Shown here piece after piece: positions 14,724 to 25,582 of a stretch of 64,000 nucleotides of DNA. The stretch comes from Trichosphaerium sp. ATCC 40318 (Eukaryota > Protista > Tubulinea), in NCBI GenBank assembly GCA_038496445.1, contig JALMLS010000612.1:1-64000 (forward strand), in the 5' to 3' direction. The notes beneath the pieces were generated by a model, which worked only from the letters and a program-made list of their open reading frames with translations, searched no databases and was not told the origin of the DNA. The translations under genes were made by a program, and so were the position numbers. The number at the start of each line of letters is the position of its first letter. Position 1 is the first letter of the stretch.

Positions 14724-15359
14724 ATGGTTTGTACAGTTGCTGTTTTTAAAAATCGCTAAACTGATGTAGATTCAGTATTTTATTGTACAAAACCGCCAAG
14801 GTAAGACGCGTATGGCGAAATGGTACTCGTCGTACAACGACGATGAAAAACAAAGGCTTATTACGGATATACACCGCGCCGTTACCTCCAGAGACAGCAA
14901 ATTCACTAATTTTGTGGAGGTGCGTCATTGTGTGGCATGTTTTAGATAACCAACAGTACCAATTGTAGTTTAGACGCCATAAACTCGTGTACAGACGCTA
15001 TGCAGGATTATATTTTTGCTTAGTAATCGAATTGACAGACAATGAGCTTGCAGCACTTGAAAGCATTCATCTATTTGTAGAGATACTTGACTTGTACTTT
15101 CGTAATGTCTGCGAGTTGGACTTGGTCTTTAATTTTTGGAAGGTAGGTGTTTGTCACTGGACTGTAGCTCCTCCAAGATTCAAAAAAAAAAAAAAAAACG
15201 CAACATGTCGTGTTTTTTTCTGCAACAACAAGACGGAGTTTCTCTTATCGGCTTTAGGTTTTCGCCATACTGGATGAGGTGTTTCTTGCTGGTGAAATTG
15301 TAGAGACATCTAAGCAAGCAGTACTTGACAGGATGAAACAGATTGACAAGCAGGAGTGA
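14724..15359 (+). CDS. AP2S1: AP-2 complex sigma subunit (first exon is ATG only)
   Basis: [19 protein letters not shown]...[21 protein letters not shown]...[30 protein letters not shown]. Confidence 0.92.
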
Positions 15360-15673
15360 CAGCCAAAACAAAGTCACAAACACCATATTTGGCGTTTTCA
15401 ATTGTAACAGTATTAAAAAACTCAAAACAAATCAAGGATATGTATGTTGCAACGTAACAATCACTTTCTCCGCGTTCTGGACTTTTTTGGACTTTATCTT
15501 TATTTGTTGTGAGCAACTCCGAGGCCTTCTAAAACAAATCACAGGTCTTTGTATATGGCATAAAATCTTGTGGTTAGAGTTATTTTGGCAGACAGTCAAG
15601 TCTTTGCGTACGCAAAACACATATAATTAAAACTCTAAAAACAAAGGGTAGATAAACGAAGAAAACAGCGTTA

Positions 15674-17115
15674 ATGGAGCTAAATATACGCGAAGTAGAT
15701 GTGTTAACTTCCTTGGTTCCAAAAACTGGCAAGGCGCCGTGGTTTACGTCTAGGGAACTGAGGAGAGTAGGATTCATAACTACGACGCTAAAACGGTTTG
15801 TTGTGTTGTACAGCTATTTCAAACGGCTTACGTTTCCTCAGAAGCTACTCTTCATCGAGTATATTAAACCTGATGGTTATTCGAGCAATAGACAGGTGGA
15901 GAAGCGAGGTATGTTTAAAATTCTTGATATGGAATTCAGCCTTTATTTGCGATATTCTGTACACGTACTGTTTCAATATGTCCACAACAAACAACAACAA
16001 AGCCAAAAACCAACACCTTTTTTTTTTTTTGGAGGTAGAAAATTCAAGCCACTTACTCCTTTCAGGAGAGATGCTACAATTACGCTACTTTGAATAAACT
16101 AGAGTGGCATTGGGGTATGGCGCCACGCAGTGAAAGTTTTGAAATAGACGGCGTCTTGAGGCGAGGAAGCCACAGAAGGAGTGTCTTTTTATCGCCGCGG
16201 TCTCTGCAAAAGCTTACAGGCAATTCAAGGACATCAACGCCCACAAGAACTCCAAGAAAATCCAAAAATACCAAATCCAATGATGCTCCAAGATCGCTTA
16301 CACGCGTACACCAAAAGTCTTCAACCCAGAGAGTTTATTTGCAAAGTGGATTTAGGTCATCGTCATCTCCTTCTATGTTTGCAAAGCAGGTTTGTGTTTC
16401 AAATATTCAGTTTTATTGCAGACCTCGTTGCTGACTTGTGGTGTGAAGGATAGCCCTGGTATGCGAAAGCAACAGTCGGCAAGGAAACAGCAAATTACAA
16501 CAAAGAAGTCTTTTAGAGACCCTTCAAAGCGTACTAAGAGACGCAGTTCTAAGAGACGACGAGGTAATTCGCAACCAGAGAGGATGCAACCTCCACATAC
16601 TGGTAAAGCAGATAGTACAAACGCTAGACGTCAAGGTGTTGGTATACCTATTACGTCCACACGTGGACTCAGCACGAATTCATCATCAAGTGCTTTGGGT
16701 AGGTCTTCTTCTCCAAGTGCTAGAGCACGAGGTGGTAGACCATCACCTGAACTACTTCACCAGCTGTTAGAAATCGGGTATGTGGAATGCTTGGCTGTTT
16801 TTTTTTAGAAAATACTCTTAATTACACAAGTGGTAATACAACACCAAAATTTCTTGCTTACACTGTGTCTCTAGGAAACATAAAATAAAGAATCGACATC
16901 GCCGATCGCACAGTGTGTCTCTTGGAGTACGCGCAGGCGAATCAGCTAGTACGTGTTTACTTGAGCTACATTTGGATATCTTTGTCTTTTTTTTGCTGAC
17001 TGCTTTCTCTAGATGCAAATCTTAATAACCAAGAACGCTCTTCTAGTGTTAAGACTAAACGAAAAAGATCAGCGTTGGTATCAGTATTTTCCCATCGGTC
17101 TTCAAAGCAAACTAA
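15674..17115 (+). CDS. Hypothetical protein, basic Ser/Arg-rich low-complexity C-terminal half
   Basis: Chain of + strand ORFs separated by GT..AG introns; no family recognised; the end coordinate is approximate. Confidence 0.5.
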
Positions 17116-17464
17116 AGCAAAAAAAAAAGAGAACAGTAAATAGGAAAAAATAATAGGAAACTTTCCCGTATGGGAGGATTAGGTCTGCCGATATAATAGG
17201 CAGTGTTGTACAATAGGAGCGCTAGTAGTATGCGCATTTTAAAAGGCAAAAAAAAAACACTACTAAACTTGTAATAAATTATCATAAACGCGGTCAATAA
17301 CCAAATTTTTGTTGTTTGGTTATTCCTTGCATGGCTGTGAAAATTGATCTACTTTATATATTATCAAGGAGTGCAATACTTATTGATTTGTGCCATTTTG
17401 GGAAGAAAACACGTGACGGTTTTCTTTAAATAAGATACTATTTTGGCGTATTTCATGAAATTTA

Positions 17465-19215
17465 TTAGTCCACCCGTTCGTATCCTGTGCCTCGTTTTCT
17501 GAACATAAAAAATACAATGGCAGCTGCTAATCCGCCTGCTGCCATCACAATAGCAATGATTATACCAGCAATGGCACTTCCACTAATACCTGTAACAAAA
17601 AGGGTCAGTCAATGAGCTTTTTCTTGTTTTTTTGTGTTTACCCGAACTCTTTGCAGTAGGGGCTGCTGGCACTGGCACGGGTTGTGGCGGAGCTACTGGA
17701 GCTTTAGGAGCCATTGTAGGAGTTACTGGCATCGTTGGTACTATAGGAGCTACTGGAGCTTTAGGGGCCATTGTAGGAGTCACTGGCATTGTTGGTGCTG
17801 TAGGAGCTACTGGAGCTTTAGGAGCCATTGTAGGAGTTACTGGCATCGTTGGTACTGTAGGAGCCACTGGAGTTATTGTAGGAGCCATTGTGGGAGTTAA
17901 TGTGGTAGGCATCGTTGGAGCTGAAGGACCCATTGTAGGCTGTACTGGTGCAACAGGCTGTGTAGGTGTTATTGAAGGTTGTGTAGGAGAGACTGGAGAT
18001 ACAGGTGTTGCAGGAGCGACAGGTTGCTCTGTAGGCGTCACGGGTTGTTGTGTAGGTGTTACAGGGGCAACTGGCTGCTCGGTTGGCGTCACAGGTTGTT
18101 CAGTTGGTGTCACCGGTTGTTCAGTTGGTGTTACAGGTTGCTCTGTTGGTGTCACAGGCTGTTCAGTTGGTGCCACAGGTTGTTCTGTAGGTGTAACAGG
18201 TTGTTCTGTAGGTGCAACAGGTTGTTCAGTTGGCGTCACGGGTTGTTGTGTTGGTGTTACAGGTTGTTCTGTGGGTGTCACAGGTTGTTCTGTTGGTGTT
18301 ACAGGTTGCTCTGTAGGCGTCACAGGTTGTTCAGTAGGTGTCACAGGTTGTTCAGTAGGTGTCACAGGTTGTTCAGTTGGTGTTACAGGTTGCTCTGTTG
18401 GTGTCACAGGCTGTTCAGTTGGTGCCACAGGTTGTTCTGTAGGTGTCACAGGCTGCTCTGTTGGCGTCACAGGTTGTTCAGTTGGTGCTACAGGTTGTTC
18501 AGTTGGTGTCACAGGTTGTTCAGTTGGTGTTACAGGTTGTTCTGTAGGTGTTACAGGTTGTTCAGTTGGCGTCACAGGTTGTTCAGTTGGTGTCACTGGT
18601 TGTTCAGTAGGTGTCACTGGTTGTTCAGTTGGCGTCACGGGTTGTTCTGTAGGCGTTACGGGTTGTTGTGTTGGAGTTACCGGTGCTGTAGTCGGCGTTA
18701 TAGGTGCAATAGGGGCAACCGGTGCAACAGGCGCAAAGGGTGCAGTTGGCGCAACAGGCACAATAGGCGCAACCGGCGCAATGGGAGCAGTAGGCGCAAC
18801 AGGAGCAGTAGGCGCAACAGGAGCGGTAGGCGCAACAGGAGCAGTAGGCGCAACAGGCACAATAGGCGCAACAGGTGCAGTAGGTGCTATAGGCTAAAGT
18901 AGTGTAAGAATCACGTGAGAAATAAAAATTCCAAAAACTGTTTGGGTTTTTCCAAAACAAATTTTCCTGAATATTTGTGCAAACGCGCCAAATTTTAACG
19001 TTCCATACGTGTAGCATGCGATCACTAGCGAGTGATCCCTTTTAAGCGACGGCGAAAAATAAATAAACCCAGAAAAAGTTGTATGGACTGTGGGCGAGCG
19101 CGAGGGTAGCGCAAAAAAGTTTTTTAAGTAATGTGTAGCTGTGTACCTGAGAGTGGCACGTGATTAAGAAAGTTAGCAGAAACGTAATGGCCAACTGGAA
19201 TGCATTAAATGACAT
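17465..19215 (-). CDS. Type I membrane mucin-like Pro/Thr repeat glycoprotein (3 exons)
   Basis: Signal peptide exon [23 protein letters not shown] (19147-19215), repeat exon 17642-18893, then [32 protein letters not shown] and tail [11 protein letters not shown]. Confidence 0.88.
17690..18893 (-). repeat. Coding tandem repeats: 21-bp (PV[T/A]PT[E/Q]Q), 18-bp (APTAPV) and 60-bp units
   Basis: Directly visible periodicity with synonymous third-position variation. Confidence 0.95.
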
Positions 19216-19664
19216 TTACAATATGATACGCCAAAGGGGGTAATGGGGAACTGTTTCGTGTGGGTGTTAGGTCAAGAGTTGGTGTAGTACGAAGAAATTC
19301 GCCAGAACCATGTCTTGTGTTAAACAAGTTTAAATTGTCATTAACGTAGTGCACTTTATCAATGCTTGAGCATCCTTCTATCCTTGCTTACGACAATCAA
19401 GTTTGACGCTCTCTATGGTAAAAAGAGTCATGTCGTTTTATGTAACGCCGTAGATGACCTACGGCAGCGGTAGTAAGCTGAAAACAATTGTTTATTCGCC
19501 ACCTTTTCAACCAACATTTCTGGATACAAACATTTATTGTACAATTTTTTTTAGAGATGCTAATGAACAAAAGAAAGTATTTTTATGATCGTGCAGTCAT
19601 GTTGCGTTCACACTTAGCTGTCCTGCGCTCATTATACGCAACTTTTGTGTCCCTGACAATAGCA

Positions 19665-22046
19665 TTAGTAGGATAAGATATTTGTTAAACTGGTACCCAT
19701 TTGTCTAGGTGCATTAATCGGTATATGGCCTGTTAGTATCGTAGCACCGTATCCAATAGGAAGATCCACTTGTGGTTTATAATACATTATTGTTGCTGCC
19801 AGTGAGTCAATACATCTATCCCACCAGTATGGTATAGGCACAATACATATGCCTAAAAGAGGGACAATGACAAAATGTCGGTTGTATACTGTATCCGTAT
19901 GTACCTAGCTCTTGACATTGACGTGATTTCTCTTCGTCTCGTATTGTGTAGGTCATGGCTACACCTGTCGCAGCATGGTTGTCGTAGTAATGGTGTTCAC
20001 CTAATTCAATGTTAGTGAAAAAAAAGAGAGGGGTGTTTGCCTTGGTATTCTATTGCCAGGTCCAAGGCTGGTATATACGCATCTACGCTTAGAGTGTGAC
20101 CTGATGAGTACCGACTATCAAGGTTGTGTTCTTCGTTGATTTCTAATAGAGGAAAGAGCTGAGCAAGAAGGTCTAATAGAACCCTTTGTACAGCACGCTT
20201 CTTGACATAACCAAAATGTTGCCACACCCAAGGTACCTCTGGATAGAGATGTGATAAGGCGTAGGGGAAGAAAGGCACTACGCCCCAGCCACCGCCTTTC
20301 AGAAGTTGATCTTTTGAGACTCGATACCTACAGGGGTTTAGTCTCATTGGCTAAGGAAACGGTGTTCTATACCATTTATCCGGCTGGTTCAAATTGTATT
20401 TCTCTTTCAGCTTCTTCAAGAAAGTCACTTGTGTTTGTTTTTGAGACCACGATGCTATAACTTCTGATTTTCTTTAAATAGGCGGGTGAGCGATAGATCT
20501 CATAAAAGCAACAGGGATATGTACTTAAAATTATCTTTATTCCATTTGAAGGAAGGGTATATCGCTGCCAATGCTTTGGTATAAGATCTATCGTACCTAA
20601 AGGTAAGTTAGGTTGTCACAGGAGTTGTAAGAGGGGAAACCCTGAATTACTACAAATCACGTGCATTGTTGATATGATCTGTCCTGCGCCTGATTCCCAT
20701 ACTTTTTTACTTGAAATATAGTACCAGTCGTCGATTGACTTGACGGACAAAGCTTCACCTACATCATCAAATCTCCCACGCTGATTATATAAATCTTGCC
20801 AAGCACCTGTTGGCGCTCCCCTTGACTCAGAGGTAAGACGAGGTTGTACAAGACTATGTTAATACTATACCTGAAGCGCCAAGGCTTCCAATCGTACTGA
20901 GGGAAGATACTACGAAGAATATTGGCCACAGAACCGTGTCTATATATGTTAGTGTTGGGACGAAACTATTGAAGGTAAGATTCAGAAGCCATACAGAGCG
21001 AGTATACGTCCAGCTATATACTGCAGGTCGTCGTTTACAATGTTATACCAATCATCAAGTATCTTCAATTGGTATTTATCTGCTATATTTAGCATTCTAT
21101 CTCTCTGGTTGTCAAGGCTTTGCCAATAGTTTACGGGAACATCACTTTTAGTTGGATTAGCAAAAACCAAATTCGTACTACAACACTTACGCCAGTAGTT
21201 GTGCATCCCAATCATTATGCGGATATACAGCCACAAGTGCACGCCAAATGGATCTCTTGTAGCTATCAGAGAAATCAACATAAGAGACAAAAGTCTTTCG
21301 TTTCGCACAGATCCATAATGTTAGAGCAACCAAAGTTGTCAAAGTCTACGCCATTAACATCATACCAATCATCCAAAACAAAAACGTCTAGGTACTCAGC
21401 TGCCTCATCGAACACTCTCCTTTGATTGCGAACATCCTGCCAGTATCCTTGTGACACGCTTCTATAAAATTAAAAAAAGTTAGAGATAGGCATACTCTTT
21501 CTGGAGTCACGTGACATATTTTTTTTTTCCGCAAAGTTGGAACTAACATGTAAAATAAACGTGACTTACACAAATTGCCACGGGATCCACTTGTGTTCTG
21601 GAAACACACCCTGCATTATGCTGCCAACAGACCAATTGTATCTATAATTTAAAGTGAGCAGTGTTGGCAAAGTCAAAAGACCTACCTGTCGGCGATTCCT
21701 TTCGCCCCATAGCGATATAGCGATTTCAGTTGTACTTTATACCAATCATCCATTATTTTGAGGCCAAGGCTCTTTGCTACTGACTGCATTTTCTCTTGTT
21801 GATTCTTTATACTGTTCCAGTAGCCATAAGGAGCAGAACTAAGGCAAAGATATTGGTATTGGAGTTATAAAACCGTTAAAAGGATGTCGTACTACAAAAT
21901 ACTCGGATAGTTCACGCTTGGACGTGATTTTAGCGGTTCTACGTGTTATTAGGTGCGTCCCAGCGGTTATTTATGTATGTACTTGATTTTCTAATCTTTT
22001 TAGTCCGTGCATACGCTCTACGATATTCCTGCGCGTATCTACGCAT
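19665..22046 (-). CDS. Trp-rich repeat protein (5 repeats) with C-terminal PD-(D/E)XK-like nuclease domain, copy A
   Basis: Repeats P.GYW....NQR..FD.....L.....DDWY.V...YP...W; C-terminus SVDAYIPALDLAIEYQGEHHY...RDEEK..C...GI....IPYWWD. The start is inferred. Confidence 0.85.
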
Positions 22047-22345
22047 GTACGTAGAGTTTTACACCGTAATAAGACTATTAAAGCCAGATACGCTTGAAAC
22101 GTCACCAGTAAGTATTTTTTATGTGTACATCCATGTTATACGTCAAAATACCCAGTGGCGTTTGTTCCAACCTTAACCTTTTTTATTCAATTACTTTCTC
22201 GTAGGCATCTTTGCAGAAATAACTTTTTTTTTTGTTTGTTTGCGTAGCTGTAAGCTGCGTCACGACACTAGTATGCTAGCCTCGAAAGATAAAAATGTTG
22301 GTGAATCTTGACCAATGTCTAACAATTCCTGACATTACTAAATGT

Positions 22346-23336
22346 TTATTGCGTAATACTGTTGTGATTATGCAACAATCGAGTGAAATATTGTCTGAGT
22401 GCTTTTTTAGACTCATCGCACATTGCTCGCTTTCTAGGTTGCCACGTGGTCAGTATAAAGTAGTTCTCTTCGTGAATCCTGTCATCAAGCTCAGTTATAA
22501 CTTTACTTTTCATCTTTGGGGGGATGGTATCGAGCCCGGTTACAACTACTAGTGGGTGGTATCCTAATAATTCACGTTAAGGATCAGAAATGCACATGAA
22601 TTTTTATTACTTTCAAGCCGGCGTATCATGTTTGATAAATTCACAATAAATCCTACTGCCTCTGGCACTATCACGAGTTTGCGTTCAGAAGGGTACAGCC
22701 ATTGAAAACCCCACGTTGCTGGAATTCTACAAAATCTGTTAACAACCCAACCAGAGTGTAGTTAAACAAGACGTACTCCATATCCTTTAAAAGCTCAGAC
22801 GCGCTGATAACGATAGTCACCATATCTATTTTATTATCCGGAACTACGTATTGGTTTAATTTTTCTGTAATGTGCTCTTGTTTTAGATCAACTTCCTGAG
22901 AGGCAGATTAAAAACAAAAACCGTTGGTGAACTTTTGGACTCACTACTTCAAACCCTTTTAACAGACTTCTAACGATTAGGTTTTTGTCTTGGGAGAGTT
23001 TGGAAGAAAAACGATAACCAGTTGTATCAAAAATTGACAATTGCTTTACAGCAAATTTGCTGTGACTAGTTTCGCACGTAATAGGGCTACCATCAACTCT
23101 AAAAACCTAAAAGCTATTTTGAGTATTATTGGACTTCACAGTTCCTGTACCTTTTTTTTTTCGTAAAAGGCAGTTCCTTCAGCCACAGTTCTGCCAGTGA
23201 GTGCTATAGTCTGGTCGCCATCACAAAACTCTTTGAATATACTGTTTATTAGAGATGACTTGCCACTGTGTGGTCTCCCCAATAGCATTAGGTTAAGGTT
23301 TGTATGCTCTACAACTTTTCGTTTATCTTCTGCCAT
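22346..23336 (-). CDS. IFI44-like P-loop NTPase (5 exons)
   Basis: LMLLGRPHSGKSSLINSI (Walker A), IFDTTG (Walker B) and PLVVVTGLD (G4-like); layout resembles the IFI44 GTPase domain. Confidence 0.7.
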
Positions 23337-23341
23337 GTTGT

Positions 23342-23351
23342 GTCACGTGAT
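23342..23351. promoter_or_regulatory. GTCACGTGAT E-box in a 114-bp divergent intergenic gap
   Basis: Palindromic bHLH-type site between the starts at 23336(-) and 23451(+); the motif recurs throughout the window. Confidence 0.45.
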
Positions 23352-23450
23352 ATTTTTTTCAACTTATTTACTACAATTGACCAAAATTGTAGAATAGTAA
23401 ACCAAAGCAAACCAAGACGAGTTCCTAACTTGTTGGCACGCCAAATTATC

Positions 23451-24238
23451 ATGAGAGCTAGTAAACGGATTTTTATCGCGTCTTCGTTTGAAAATGTTTT
23501 TAACGATCTCGTTGAAGTACGTACGCCTTTATGACCTTCTTTGTTCTCTATCCCTTCTGTTTTTTTATGTTTGTACAGTATGTAGACAAGAAAAAGTATC
23601 ATGTAGCAAAAGAACCTTCGTATGACAACGCATTCAACCTCTTCGTGTTTGTGGTTAGAACAGATTTTCCAATGACGATTAAACTGTTCAGCAATGAGAA
23701 AGACAGTTATTTTTCGGACGAAATGAAAATCTTAAACACATTACCAAGTATGTCTTTATTGTCGAGTGCAACACATGTTAAGGAATTTGCAAATAGAACC
23801 TCTTTCAAAGGACAAATTTCGATTGGTATTTTTAGCAAGTGACAAGGGCGCAGACACCAAATTGAGGCAGTCTTCCTTTCTAAAGGAGATCAAGTGCGAT
23901 TTTTAAGCTTACCTTCACCATTGTTGTTTACTTTTGACCCTAGAACGCGGTTTCCTTTCCTTAATGAGTTTAAAGATGTGCGCATATGTAATTCCAGAGG
24001 GTTTACGAATTTGTATAGAAAGAAGATACCTTCAGAGCTCAGGATCAAGTGCGTAGAAACGGGACTTTTGAATTTACTTTTACAATTCATGTATCTTCGG
24101 TTGCTTTGGTTAATATGCTGTATCTTTGTATCTATCCCTATGTTATTTGGTCTTCGTTTAAAAAGTCTACAAGAACTAGGAGTGTCATCTGATTTGGAAC
24201 AAAACAAACACAGTACCACCCAAAATATAGATGTTTAA
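23451..24238 (+). CDS. Orphan membrane protein, TIR/Rossmann-like N-terminal domain plus C-terminal TM (paralogue 1)
   Basis: Spliced MRASKRIFIASSFENVFNDLVEY...AKEPSYDNAFNLFVFVVR...YFSDEMKIL...KFRLVFLASDKGA; hydrophobic LLWLICCIFVSIPMLFG. Confidence 0.65.
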
Positions 24239-24524
24239 TCTATGATTGCCTAAATCTTTTTTTTCTTATCTCCAAAAACAAATCCTAACGCCTAAAAAAC
24301 AGTTAAAAAGCCTTCAAAACCGATCCACACCTGCTTTCATTCAAGGTGAATTTTGTTACCTTTCCGGAAAGTATACATTATCTTTAACGCCACCTAATAC
24401 CGGTATTACAAAAATTCCCTGCGTTGGTTATGTTGTTTGACATTTCATGTTGTGTAAACACTAAACAAGATAAGCTAGCGAAAAAAAAGTCAGTTTCAGT
24501 TCTGTTAACTTTGTAAGCTCACTA

Positions 24525-25470
24525 ATGCCACGTGTGTTCGTACATGCTTCCATGAAGGATGTAACGAAAGAAATCATATCTGTACGAGTAAGAGAATCCA
24601 AGTTTACTTCTCACAAAGTTAGAGATACTCTAAGGCTTATTTTGGGTTTTCACTGGCTAAAGAGCCCAGCATAGACAACGATTTTAACATTTTTGTATTT
24701 GAAATGAGAGCTAATTTCACAGATAAGCTCTTTAAAGATGCCGATGGCGCTTTTTGTGCCTACAGACAACAAATGCACGCTCTGGCTGCCTGTTACCCCG
24801 ATAATAAACTCAAAGCCACTAAATTCCGTCTCGTACTCTATGCAACAGACGAAAAGGCATCCTACAGACTGTCGAACACCTCAATAGAAGATTGGAGGTA
24901 CCAAGATTTTGTTTTTTCCCATATTTATCCTTATAACCGTACAGAACACGTGATGTGACAATTGACTTGTTTGAACAAATAAGTTGTTGTACTGAAAGCG
25001 TCAACACTCGTATCTTTCTTCCTCGTGCATTCTCGCTACCGTTCTTTAGCAAGTTCTATATTTATTGTGCTATACCAATTGGAGTAGCAGCATCTTTGAC
25101 AATATTGTATTTCAACCGAAATAGTGTGTTTAAGGTTTTGGCATTTATTACATCACTGTTGTTTCGGCCAAAGCAAGTTCCACCAATAGATAAACAAGCC
25201 ATTTCAGAAGCTGAGGTGGTTAATACAACAGAATCAACAAGCGACACCAGTGACATTATAGACCACCAGCAGTCGGATATGGTTTCGGATGTGGTTGAAA
25301 CGAATATAAACATACTGAACGACACCTCAACGAGTGATATTATAGAGCATCAGCAGTCAGTAGTAGAAACAAATATAAATGTACACGAAATGCGAACAGC
25401 GCAGTACACAAGTGTTGAACTAGCTAAGCGTATGGAATATTATTTCTCTCCAGCCTTCTCAGAGGGGTGA
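24525..25470 (+). CDS. Orphan membrane protein, TIR/Rossmann-like N-terminal domain plus TM (paralogue 2)
   Basis: MPRVFVHASMKDV...AKEPSIDNDFNIFVFEMR...KFRLVLYATDEKA aligns with paralogue 1; TM YIYCAIPIGVAASLTILYF; duplicated TSDII.HQQS..VVETNIN tail. Confidence 0.65.
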
Positions 25471-25582
25471 TGAATTAAAATCGCTGTATGTTGGAGTGTA
25501 TTACCATAAAAAAATAAAATTACTTCCAATGTGGATAAACAAAAAAAAAAAAAAAAAAGAGATTCTAAGGGTTATATTACAT

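Noticed and set aside
17632-18902. Long + strand ORFs (421 and 307 aa) and CRISPR-like periodicity
   Set aside because: These are antisense shadows of the mucin repeat; the units are contiguous with no unique spacers.
23531-24238. Two same-frame ORFs split by TGA, suggesting readthrough, selenocysteine or an alternative code
   Set aside because: Introns at ~23748-23782 and ~23893-23943 shift the frame and restore homology to the paralogue (KFRLV). TGA is used as a stop elsewhere.
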